From a virus: a DNA stretch of 64,000 nucleotides. The stretch lies in the IMG/VR virus record IMGVR_UViG_3300035703_000046, positions 27,315 to 91,314 of that record; one strand, 5' to 3'. The notes beneath the pieces are model-generated. The model worked only from the letters and a program-made list of their open reading frames with translations, ran no database searches and was not told where the DNA came from. Positions 38,621 to 47,258 of the stretch are shown here, piece after piece. Positions within the stretch are counted from its first letter, which is position 1, and each line of letters starts with the position of its first letter. Position numbers and translations under genes: made by a program.

Positions 38621-39022
38621 TCATATTTTTCCTTTTTTGTTAAGGATTAAATCGTATTTTTTAGCAATGCTTTTAATAGAATATTCTAGCTTTATAGGAT
38701 CGCCAATCCTTATTGGAAAGTGATTTAGCAACCCTCTTGGGAATTCAACTATTAGATCGGATTCTTGATTGCAGCAAATCTGCTCTAAAGAAAATGGAAC
38801 TCCAGGCAAGCGATCTACTATAAGACCGTCGCACGCAAAGATCAAGTCCAATGCCATGGGAGTATTTTTCATCCAAAAAGATCTAACAGATTTGTTACTT
38901 GGAAAAGCCATAATAGTAGGAGTTATGCAATGCATAAGACCTACCTCTTGTTCTTCTGGGCTTATAGCAAATTTGGCAGGAAATTTTAAATCATTAATAA
39001 TGACAAAATCATTCTGGCGCAT
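38621..39022 (-). CDS. DUF192 family protein
   Basis: A.SPEEQEVGLM, SFWMKNTPMALDLIF, IVEFPRG..IRIGD. Confidence 0.88.
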   Translation of the reverse strand: MRQNDFVIINDLKFPAKFAISPEEQEVGLMHCITPTIMAFPSNKSVRSFWMKNTPMALDLIFACDGLIVDRLPGVPFSLEQICCNQESDLIVEFPRGLLNHFPIRIGDPIKLEYSIKSIAKKYDLILNKKGKI

Positions 39023-40748
39023 TTTCTTCCGCAGTAGTAATTGGATTTGGGTTTGGATTTACAAATTTTAGACTTTCTAATGTATTTTTCAGACCTCTTA
39101 ACTCTGATAGATCTGAATATTTAATATCTATTTTATGTTGATTTTTTACCCTGTCCTCTCTGCGCAAGAATGAAGAGTAAATATCTCCTAATTTAAACAT
39201 ATTATTCATTAATTTAATTAATAATTTATTTAAATTTTCAGACAAAGTTAAGATGTTGACGGGCGAGCTGTTTGGATCTTCTAGTGCATTTAATAAGCTA
39301 GAAATTTCTTTTCTAAGCTCTTTGGACATCTCATAAGTGTCTAATTGAACGATATCAAAGCTATCCGGCACTTTGATAGGGTCTAAATTAGCTCCTATAT
39401 ATTGAGACCGGAGCCAGTTTTGAAAAGAAGCTTCTTTAATAAGAGAATAATCGGAAAAATGAGATAAGACACTGAGAAATCCAGCTTTTTCATCAGGAAA
39501 AATTTCTATTAATTTTTGAATTAATTCTGCGAAAGAAGAATCATTAGGAATATCTTTAAAACTTCCAATAGGGGTTTTTCCTGTTCCTAATTCTCCAAAG
39601 CCTTGACCTTCAATATAAGGCTTATTTACTTTAATAAAATTAACAATTTTTCTTATTTCTTTATATAATTCTTTAAATCGGTCATTTTCTAATGCTATTT
39701 CATTAGCAGTCATGCGCTTTGTCATTGGAGCTAAAAATTTCTTATGATACTGCTCATAACTTTTAATATACGTATCCAATTGACTTAAATAAACACCATC
39801 TCCAGAATAAAGATTTGGAGAATTTAGTATGCCTGCTACCGTAATTTTAGCAGAAATAAAATCTCCAAGAATTTTATTAATTTGCTTGTCATTAAGCACT
39901 TCTTTAACAAGCTCTGATAAATTTTTTCTACCTTTGTCCTCTTCGGCATCATCTTCTCCGCCTAAATCGCCCTCCTCAATTGGCTTACCTTCTTCGCTCT
40001 CATCCCCATCTTCATCTTTGGGCTTTGGCGCTTGAGGTAATTCATTCTTTTTCCTAAGAGATTCGAGTTCTTGATATAATTTTTTATTTTGCTTTCTAAG
40101 ATCTGATAATTCTTGTTGAAATTTACGAGAATTTTCTTCGCTTATTTTTAATTCTTCAGGTAAAAAATCGCTTAGTTTTTTAGCACTTTCAACATAAGCG
40201 GCTAAATATTTTTTTACAATTGTATTTAAAGTTGTAAAAGAATTAGGTATTTTAACTCTTCCTAAAGTTAATAATTGTGATTCAAATTCTTTTAATTTAT
40301 CTAAAATGTCTACCAAAGAATACATCATATTAACGATGTATTTTTTCTGTGGACCCTTTAATTTGAATCTAGATAAAAATCTAGACCCCCACCAAGAAGC
40401 ATAGCTAATAAGCTCTGCCATTTTTATAATCTCTAATTCCGTATTGGAAGAGGCTTTTTTATCTATGCTTAAAGCATATGATTCTTGTTCTTTAGTAATA
40501 TTTTTAGCTTCTTCAATTAACTTAGAGGCACTGTTTGCCAACTCGCTAATAAAAGTACCTATTTGGGAAGGTGGAATTTGATCAATATCCATCGGAGGGA
40601 TCCCGTGCTTGGTATCGCCGGTCCCATTTATGCCTTTTTTCAAAGCAATGACATCTCCAATAAATTTCTTGGTTTCTTCGTTCCATTGCTTTTTCTTAAC
40701 CCGTAATGCTAAACGCTTAGGGTTTTTTGTCTTGGCTAATTTATCCAT
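39009..40748 (-). CDS. Uncharacterised 579-aa helical protein with K-x-A motifs, probable virion protein
   Basis: MDKLAK, IDKKASS, IIKMAELISYASW, LIKEASF. Confidence 0.6.
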   Translation of the reverse strand: MDKLAKTKNPKRLALRVKKKQWNEETKKFIGDVIALKKGINGTGDTKHGIPPMDIDQIPPSQIGTFISELANSASKLIEEAKNITKEQESYALSIDKKASSNTELEIIKMAELISYASWWGSRFLSRFKLKGPQKKYIVNMMYSLVDILDKLKEFESQLLTLGRVKIPNSFTTLNTIVKKYLAAYVESAKKLSDFLPEELKISEENSRKFQQELSDLRKQNKKLYQELESLRKKNELPQAPKPKDEDGDESEEGKPIEEGDLGGEDDAEEDKGRKNLSELVKEVLNDKQINKILGDFISAKITVAGILNSPNLYSGDGVYLSQLDTYIKSYEQYHKKFLAPMTKRMTANEIALENDRFKELYKEIRKIVNFIKVNKPYIEGQGFGELGTGKTPIGSFKDIPNDSSFAELIQKLIEIFPDEKAGFLSVLSHFSDYSLIKEASFQNWLRSQYIGANLDPIKVPDSFDIVQLDTYEMSKELRKEISSLLNALEDPNSSPVNILTLSENLNKLLIKLMNNMFKLGDIYSSFLRREDRVKNQHKIDIKYSDLSELRGLKNTLESLKFVNPNPNPITTAEENAPE

Positions 40749-40767
40749 GTCATTATGACAAAATATT

Positions 40768-41361
40768 CTATTTTTTTAATGGAGGTATTTTTTTTGTTGG
40801 CTCAATTACTTGATCAATTAATCCATATTTTAAAGCCTCTTCGGCTGTAAAATATCTATCTTTTTTAAAATCTCTTTTAACCTTAGATAAGGTTTGTTTA
40901 GTATGGCGGGCAATAATCTCCATTAATGACTGATTTAATTGCTTTATTCTTTTACTTTCATCTTCGATTTCTTCTTGAGTTCCTGATAGTTCAGATGTTT
41001 GAACTCCATGAATCATAATTTTAGAATGAGGATAGGCATACCTTTTACCACGAGATCCTGCTGCTAAAATATAACCCGCACTAGAATAAGATTCCCCAAT
41101 ACAAATAGTAGATACCGGAGAAGAAATCCATTGAATTGTATCATAAATAGTCAATAGACCGCTATCAATATCTCCGCCTTGAGAATTGATATAAACAGTA
41201 ATTTCTTCTTGCTTTACGGCGTTTAACCATAAAAGCTGCGCTGCTAAATTGGCAGCAGATTGAACATGAATATCGCCCAATAAAAATACTGAGCGATTTT
41301 CAAATAAATTTTTATATATTTCAGCGTCTAGCCTATGCGGTCCTAACTGTTCATCATCCAT
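40768..41361 (-). CDS. clpP: ATP-dependent Clp protease proteolytic subunit
   Basis: YINSQGG, IYDTIQ, catalytic S (GESYSS), H (MIHG), D (KKDRY), AEEALKYGLID. Confidence 0.95.
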   Translation of the reverse strand: MDDEQLGPHRLDAEIYKNLFENRSVFLLGDIHVQSAANLAAQLLWLNAVKQEEITVYINSQGGDIDSGLLTIYDTIQWISSPVSTICIGESYSSAGYILAAGSRGKRYAYPHSKIMIHGVQTSELSGTQEEIEDESKRIKQLNQSLMEIIARHTKQTLSKVKRDFKKDRYFTAEEALKYGLIDQVIEPTKKIPPLKK

Positions 41362-41386
41362 GATAGACCCTTGCTTTTAAATATAT

Positions 41387-41749
41387 TCAAATTAATCCGC
41401 GTTTTTTATTTAATTCCATCTGCTCTGCACATGAAATACAAAAAGAACAGTCCGGAATTGCTTTCAATCTAGCTTCTGAAATTTCTTCTTCACATTCTTC
41501 GCAGTGACCAAATGTGCCTTGAGCAATTTTCATTAAAGAATTTTCAATTTTAATTAGAGATATCTTGTCTCTAGATGAGAGAGAATCCGATAAAGCTTTC
41601 ATTTGACCTAATGAAACAATATCTGCTTCATCCCCGCCTACATCAGCCTCGTCAGATGCTCGTGATAAAGAATTTTTTAAAATTTTAGCATGTTCAATTA
41701 AAAATAATTCTTTAAATTTTACTAATTTATCTTTTGAAAGACCCATCAT
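41387..41749 (-). CDS. dksA: DksA/TraR C4 zinc-finger protein
   Basis: Coiled-coil tip GDEAD; GTFGHCEECEEEISEARLKAIP..FCISC. Confidence 0.9.
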   Translation of the reverse strand: MMGLSKDKLVKFKELFLIEHAKILKNSLSRASDEADVGGDEADIVSLGQMKALSDSLSSRDKISLIKIENSLMKIAQGTFGHCEECEEEISEARLKAIPDCSFCISCAEQMELNKKRGLI

Positions 41750-41786
41750 TTTCCTATTACCTTAAGTTTTGATTAATATTTGTTTA

Positions 41787-42260
41787 TTACATGGCGTGAA
41801 AGATAATTAAATCTTTCTTAATTGGAGAGGTGGAAGGCAAAGCTTTATTTATATTGGAATCAACCCTCTCAGAGGCAATAAATAAAACCTCATCATTTTT
41901 TCCAACAATATTAAACACTGATCCCTTCCAACCGCTATAAGTTCCAAATCCTAAAAATGAAGAAATATTAGTGGTATTTGGATTAATTGTATTTTTAAAT
42001 TTATTTATTTTAATATTTTTATCTTCTTTACCTAAAGATTTAACGTCATAGCAAGGACCTATAATTTCCTCAGGATCAATCCCGTGAAGATCGCGGTAGG
42101 CTTTTGAAGCTTTATCAGCAGTAAAAGATTTAATTTCATCTTCAGAGGCTGAATTTGGAGAATAAATTTTTTCTACTATAAGCTTATCTTTACAAGATAT
42201 ACATACCCAAAAAATAGAACGCTTTCCCGAAGACGATCCTTCTTTTCTTCCTCTTGGCAT
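41787..42260 (-). CDS. Hypothetical protein
   Basis: 157-aa ORF; N-terminal PRGRK resembles an AT-hook. Confidence 0.55.
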   Translation of the reverse strand: MPRGRKEGSSSGKRSIFWVCISCKDKLIVEKIYSPNSASEDEIKSFTADKASKAYRDLHGIDPEEIIGPCYDVKSLGKEDKNIKINKFKNTINPNTTNISSFLGFGTYSGWKGSVFNIVGKNDEVLFIASERVDSNINKALPSTSPIKKDLIIFHAM

Positions 42261-42264
42261 ATTA

Positions 42265-42624
42265 TTATTCCTTTTGCAATAGTTTAATTTTTTCTTTTAA
42301 TTTTAAATCGGGCATAAACTTTACCATTATTTTTCCTTCAGAATTTAAATGGTCTAGTTCCACAATATGTAAAGTTCCAAATCCGTTTAAATGAAACTCT
42401 TTATCGTAAATTAGTTTTTCTAATAAAAATTCATCTATAATTTTATAGACATCATGCAACATTCTTTGATCTAAAGTTTTGCCCATCCTTGCCCAAACTT
42501 TGTCCATGATTTTCTCAGGCTGAATAGTATATTCTTTTCTCAATAAAGAATATCTAGATTTTTTTGTTTTCTTTCTTAGCTTTTGAAACTTATGGTGCTG
42601 AGTTTTTGTTCTTTTTCTAACCAT
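42265..42624 (-). CDS. HU/IHF-like DNA-binding protein with basic N-terminal extension
   Basis: EFHLNGFGTLHI...VKFMPDLKLKEKI. Confidence 0.7.
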   Translation of the reverse strand: MVRKRTKTQHHKFQKLRKKTKKSRYSLLRKEYTIQPEKIMDKVWARMGKTLDQRMLHDVYKIIDEFLLEKLIYDKEFHLNGFGTLHIVELDHLNSEGKIMVKFMPDLKLKEKIKLLQKE

Positions 42625-43055
42625 AAATCTCCTTTAAAGATTTTTCTATCAGACTCAGATCGTGATAAAATTCTATTATCAATTAGCCACTTTAAAGAAG
42701 TAAGTACAAATCTAGAATTTTCTAGATCAGAAACTGATTCAATAATAAATTTAACCGATAAATTTTGATTATCTTCAATAAGGTCAACAATAGAGTCACA
42801 TATGCTTTTTATATTTTCTGGCAAAGTTGAATAAGAGCTAACCGATTCAACTTCAGGCTCAGAAGAAACTTGAAAATCACCAGTTATCTGCTTTAGCAGG
42901 CTGTTTAAAGCCTTCTCTTCTCGTTTAAGATCCTCGATGCCTTGAAGATGATGTTCAATTTCTTTAATTCTGCACTTTGCAGCTTCGGAAATATCTGCAA
43001 TTGATGATTTCCCAGAATCAACACAATTATTTATAAATTTAGTTATATAATCCAT
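42576..43055 (-). CDS. Hypothetical protein, possible C-terminal winged helix
   Basis: 159-aa ORF. Confidence 0.55.
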   Translation of the reverse strand: MDYITKFINNCVDSGKSSIADISEAAKCRIKEIEHHLQGIEDLKREEKALNSLLKQITGDFQVSSEPEVESVSSYSTLPENIKSICDSIVDLIEDNQNLSVKFIIESVSDLENSRFVLTSLKWLIDNRILSRSESDRKIFKGDLWLEKEQKLSTISFKS

Positions 43056-43060
43056 ATTTT

Positions 43061-43483
43061 TTAAATAAAATTACAAGCAATGTCAAATAGTTCTTGATTT
43101 GATTTTGCTGGTTTCCATCCAAAGCCCAAGCTAATCATTTTTTCAAATGAAGAAATTAAATTACCCAATAATTCTAATGGAACTTTTTTACCATTTTTAT
43201 CTAGGATTTCATATTCATTATCAATGAATTTAAAAATAAAAATAATATTATTATTTTCAAGTAAAAGAACGGAAAAATTATTATTTCCTTCAGATAAATC
43301 CAAATATAAAGAATTTATTTTAAAATCATTAGAAATGAATGACCATTCAGCACTATAAACTTCATGATGAATTACATTTTTTTGATCGTATTCAACTGGC
43401 AAAGTTCCAGTTTGAAAAGAGGAAGTTTTACACATTTTAAATAAATCAAAAAAATATTCACAAATTCCTTCTATTAATTTCAT
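43061..43483 (-). CDS. Hypothetical protein
   Basis: 140-aa ORF. Confidence 0.55.
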   Translation of the reverse strand: MKLIEGICEYFFDLFKMCKTSSFQTGTLPVEYDQKNVIHHEVYSAEWSFISNDFKINSLYLDLSEGNNNFSVLLLENNNIIFIFKFIDNEYEILDKNGKKVPLELLGNLISSFEKMISLGFGWKPAKSNQELFDIACNFI

Positions 43484-43773
43484 TTTTTACTCAAACTTGA
43501 AAAGGTTGAAGAAAATACAGAGAGAAGACTTTTATGATCCATGTTTGTTGGCTTTGGAAGTTTTCTCAGTTCTTCATTAATGAATCCATCATAATCAAAA
43601 ACATCTCCTTTGTTTTTTCTTAAAGCAATTTCTTGCATACATTTAATTGCCATTTGCCTATTAACTCCTAAAAATTTATAGGCAACAATATGGGCACATA
43701 ATGTTTCAGAAGAAATATTAGAATCTATTTTTAGATCTTGTTCTTCGCTCATAGAACTTCCTGAATTTAGCAT
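43480..43773 (-). CDS. Hypothetical protein (start may be the second Met)
   Basis: 97-aa ORF. Confidence 0.55.
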   Translation of the reverse strand: MLNSGSSMSEEQDLKIDSNISSETLCAHIVAYKFLGVNRQMAIKCMQEIALRKNKGDVFDYDGFINEELRKLPKPTNMDHKSLLSVFSSTFSSLSKK

Positions 43774-44023
43774 GCGTTCTACAATAAAACGTCAAGCTAG
43801 ACTTGTCAATGCCAATGTTTCCAAAGCTAAACAATAGCTCTTTGTCCCCGGACATTGTGTTAATAAACTCTTCAAATGTCATTTCTAATATCTCTTTAGA
43901 GACTTCATACTCATTATTAGTTTGAGCAGATACTCTGTAGACTAATTCTTTAGAAGAGTCTGCCGAAACAATTCTATGATAATCTTTTAAATAAGAAAAG
44001 ATGTTAGGTAGTAGATTGCTCAT
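43718..44023 (-). CDS. Hypothetical protein
   Basis: 101-aa ORF. Confidence 0.5.
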   Translation of the reverse strand: MSNLLPNIFSYLKDYHRIVSADSSKELVYRVSAQTNNEYEVSKEILEMTFEEFINTMSGDKELLFSFGNIGIDKSSLTFYCRTHAKFRKFYERRTRSKNRF

Positions 44024-44750
44024 TGTTATAAGCCCTTCCTATAGCTTGATATACATCCTCTCTTCCATTTTGACCAAATAAAACAGAAGTTAATTTTCCA
44101 GAAGTAAATACACCAGTGTCTATATTGCAAGAATAATTGTAAAACATCGGACCTTTTAAATTGTTGTCATGCCCCGATACAATATATCCAAATCGACCGT
44201 CGTAAAATTTATGCCAAACAGAAACGTTTTTATCAGAAGAAACATAAGATGTTTTACCATCAATTTCTTGCTTTTTTAACATAACTTTTTCCTTTGTTTC
44301 ATTTGACAAATTTCTAATATAACAAAGATTTAAATTATGAGTTAAATCTTTCCAAGTCATTTTAGGCTCTACTCCCGCATGAATAGCAGTGTATCTGCTT
44401 GAATTTGGGTATACAAAAGAAAGAGACAATGGCTGCTGCTCCACCCAATGCAATATTGGGGGCATATTACCATTTTTTCTATATTTTTTTATATTTTTTA
44501 ATTCATGATTGCCTTTAATAAAAAAGGCGTTCCCCTGATCGGATAAATCTTTAATCTTATGTAAGATAGCTAGCCCTTCATTAATTCCATAACCTTTATC
44601 TAAGACATCACCACATACAACTAATTTTAATTTATCTGAAATTTTGAACTTATTAATAATAGTATTAAACTGGTCGGAATGCTCATGAATATCACTAACA
44701 AAAAGTAATTTTGTGTCTGAGTTTATTTTTATATTTAAAGTTATATCCAT
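44004..44750 (-). CDS. Metallophosphoesterase resembling PrpE / the bacterial Pnkp phosphatase domain
   Basis: SDIH, GDVLDKG, GNHE, HAG, W..Y.G..IVSGH, NIDTG...GKLT. Confidence 0.82.
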   Translation of the reverse strand: MDITLNIKINSDTKLLFVSDIHEHSDQFNTIINKFKISDKLKLVVCGDVLDKGYGINEGLAILHKIKDLSDQGNAFFIKGNHELKNIKKYRKNGNMPPILHWVEQQPLSLSFVYPNSSRYTAIHAGVEPKMTWKDLTHNLNLCYIRNLSNETKEKVMLKKQEIDGKTSYVSSDKNVSVWHKFYDGRFGYIVSGHDNNLKGPMFYNYSCNIDTGVFTSGKLTSVLFGQNGREDVYQAIGRAYNNEQSTT

Positions 44751-44766
44751 AATTAAGCATCCTGAT

Positions 44767-45216
44767 ATGAATCACGAAAAATTATTATCTTGGTATTTGG
44801 GTCATCTCAGGTTTCTATATCTAATGTATCAGAATTGTCACTGGCAATGCTCTGGTCTTTCTTTCTATCAACATCATTTACTCTTTCAAAGATTATATGA
44901 AGGAGTATTGGGAGATATTGATGTTGCAGCTGAAAAAATAATAGGAGTTTTTGATTCAAAAATTATTGAATTAGACTCTCAAATTAAAATTATGAAAATG
45001 CTAGGAGAGAAATTTGCAATTGACTCTTCTGCTCCTATTACATGTTTTAAAACTGCAATAGATGCCGAAAAAGGATTTCAAAAAATTGCAGCAGCTCTTA
45101 GAAAAGAGCTAGAATCAAACAACGACCTAACCTTGGGAGTTGATGACATGCTTGCAGCACAGTCTAGTTCATCTGAAGAAAGACTATATTTACTCAAATC
45201 ATCATTGCCAGAGTGA
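44767..45216 (+). CDS. Dps/ferritin-like protein
   Basis: HWQCSG.SFYQHHLLFQRLYE..IDVAAEK matches the Dps ferroxidase pattern; ATG at 44767 preferred over the track start at 44713. Confidence 0.8.
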   Translation: MNHEKLLSWYLGHLRFLYLMYQNCHWQCSGLSFYQHHLLFQRLYEGVLGDIDVAAEKIIGVFDSKIIELDSQIKIMKMLGEKFAIDSSAPITCFKTAIDAEKGFQKIAAALRKELESNNDLTLGVDDMLAAQSSSSEERLYLLKSSLPE

Positions 45217-45259
45217 AAAAAAAGAAGGTGACCATGGGTCATAAAACCCATGGTCACCT
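45217..45259 (-). terminator. Strong intrinsic terminator (14-bp stem)
   Basis: AGGTGACCATGGGT/ACCCATGGTCACCT with a 6-nt loop, followed by TCTTTTTTT on the minus strand. Confidence 0.8.
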
Positions 45260-45324
45260 GAGAGTAAGAAGAACCAAATATTCCACGTTGCGGTTCACCT
45301 CCTAAAGTGGTGGATAATACTTGG
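45254..45324 (-). other. Structured element with sequestered perfect SD and 10-codon minigene (candidate sRNA/leader)
   Basis: AGGAGGTGA (45303-45295); GTG at 45286 gives MEYLVLLTLR*; enclosed by CCAAGTATT/AATATTTGG and TCCAC/GTGGA pairings. Confidence 0.4.
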
Positions 45325-45355
45325 CATCGATCTCGTCAATTCAAGAAATTTTGAC

Positions 45356-45589
45356 TCAATCGTCTTCTTGTCGAGCAACAAAGTGATCTGTTACAGATCT
45401 TTGTAACTCGAAAAAAATATTTATATTTTCTGCACTAGATATTAAAGATAAATAGTACAAAACTTCTCCATATTCCTTATTATTCAAGGAAGAGATTGCT
45501 TTAATTGCAGCCTCTTCTGAAGATATTTTTTCTTCAGAAGAGACTTTTTCAGCATAGTGCCATAAATCTTCAAATCTGGTAAATTTCAT
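45356..45589 (-). CDS. Small protein, weak MazG-like pattern
   Basis: EYGEVLYYLSLIS..ENINI resembles the MazG ExGD/E helix. Confidence 0.45.
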   Translation of the reverse strand: MKFTRFEDLWHYAEKVSSEEKISSEEAAIKAISSLNNKEYGEVLYYLSLISSAENINIFFELQRSVTDHFVARQEDD

Positions 45590-46089
45590 GTTGTTACAGA
45601 AGCAGTATCCAATGATAGAGTTTCTACATTTTCTAGCTCAGCAGATGCAATAACTTTTGAATCTGCCGCTGGTACAACTCTTCTTTTTCTAACAGGTCGA
45701 TCAATCTTACTTGATTGATCGATTCTTCCCACAATTTGAAGCTCTTCCTTGCCTTCCTTTGATAGGAACGCAAGGAAGCTAACATCAGAGCAATCAATAT
45801 TAAAATTAGCTTTTAATTTTGCAACATAAAATCTATTACCATAAGAATCTTGTCTTTTATCTAGACGAACTTTAATTCTATCATCTTTTCTATAAAATGT
45901 AGAATAGTGACCGGTATCATTATCTAAATTGGCAATCTGCAATTCTTCATTACCATCTTCAGATGTAAAGATCAAAAATGCGGCTCCTCTTTTTAAATTT
46001 AGAGTCAATGGTCCAGACTTCTTGCTTAAATAATAAATCTGTTGATCTTTATCTTCGCGAGGGTCCAATTCAATTTTAAAATTTGACAT
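45586..46089 (-). CDS. Hypothetical protein made of two tandem homologous domains
   Basis: FLIFTSEDGNEELQI versus FLAFLSKEGKEELQI. Confidence 0.65.
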   Translation of the reverse strand: MSNFKIELDPREDKDQQIYYLSKKSGPLTLNLKRGAAFLIFTSEDGNEELQIANLDNDTGHYSTFYRKDDRIKVRLDKRQDSYGNRFYVAKLKANFNIDCSDVSFLAFLSKEGKEELQIVGRIDQSSKIDRPVRKRRVVPAADSKVIASAELENVETLSLDTASVTT

Positions 46090-46167
46090 ATTAATTTCTC
46101 CAATTTTATAAATAATTTTATAATTTAAAAACCATTTTAGGTTTTTAATGACTATATCTGACTGTTT

Positions 46168-46968
46168 TCATTCTTCAGATATTCTGATGATATCTTTTCC
46201 ATTCAATAAAATATTGAATAAAAAGTCTTTATTGTCCGCTAAGTATGGAATTTCCAAGTTAACGGACCACTTGTTTCTTGCAAAAGTTTCATTAGCGCCA
46301 TCTATGAGCATAGGCGTTCTATATGCGGCAATTCCATTATAAAAATAAGATGGATAATATTCGTGAAAATTAATCCCAGCATATTTTAATAATAATTCTT
46401 GTTTTTCTTCAACAGTTTTGCCTTGAATTAAATCAAAAGCTTTCTTTTGACCTACTTTTTTAGTAATTTCATGAATAGCAGCTAATCTCAAAGCTGATTT
46501 GTAACATTCTTGCTGTCGATAAATTATATAATTAGATGCTTCAGAAAGATTAGGAACAGCCCAGACATGAGATTTAAATATAGGATCTCCAGATAATTCT
46601 GACTCCAAATCCAAAGCAAAAGCAAGCTTGTAAAAGCCAAGGGTAAAAATAGAAGCCGCAGAAGATGCAATTTGTTGAATTTTATTATTCAACCAGGGCT
46701 CAGTCTCAAATGATTGATCGTTTCTGATAATAATAGAAACCTCATCGGCAAAACTAAATCCAAAAATAGAGCCTTGAATTTCTGTAATCGTATACAGCAA
46801 AGCATCAGACATAACTTTGCTTAAATGACTAGAATAAGGCTTGGGAAGATTTTTAGTTATTTTAGAAAAATTTCTACCATCAATATGGATAATTAAAGGC
46901 AATCTTTTCATGATTTCAAAATCATAAGAAGATTTATATGATTCTTGTCTTTCCCACAAAGGTTGCAT
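46168..46968 (-). CDS. thg1: tRNA(His) guanylyltransferase / Thg1-like 3'-5' polymerase
   Basis: IHIDGRNFSKIT, FADEVS, W.NNKIQ, SAAS, F..HV..VP, YIIYRQ. Confidence 0.9.
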   Translation of the reverse strand: MQPLWERQESYKSSYDFEIMKRLPLIIHIDGRNFSKITKNLPKPYSSHLSKVMSDALLYTITEIQGSIFGFSFADEVSIIIRNDQSFETEPWLNNKIQQIASSAASIFTLGFYKLAFALDLESELSGDPIFKSHVWAVPNLSEASNYIIYRQQECYKSALRLAAIHEITKKVGQKKAFDLIQGKTVEEKQELLLKYAGINFHEYYPSYFYNGIAAYRTPMLIDGANETFARNKWSVNLEIPYLADNKDFLFNILLNGKDIIRISEE

Positions 46969-46970
46969 AA

Positions 46971-47258
46971 TTAATCAATTATAAATTCTTCATTAACATC
47001 GAAGAATTTTTCTTTAAGTAAAGATCTGTCTAAATCATAATATAGCGCATGTGACTCGCTTATTGTCCATCCAATCATACCAGGATCAATTAAAACCATA
47101 TATAGAGGAGCTGATTCTTTATGAAGAAAATATTTTGCAATAATTTTAAAACTTTTAATTTCAAAATTATCCTCAAAAGAATTTCTAACAATTCTTTTCC
47201 TGCCATCAATCTCTGAAACTTTGACGTTAACAAAGCTTCCAATTTTGTAATTATTCAT
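46971..47258 (-). CDS. Hypothetical protein
   Basis: 95-aa ORF. Confidence 0.55.
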   Translation of the reverse strand: MNNYKIGSFVNVKVSEIDGRKRIVRNSFEDNFEIKSFKIIAKYFLHKESAPLYMVLIDPGMIGWTISESHALYYDLDRSLLKEKFFDVNEEFIID

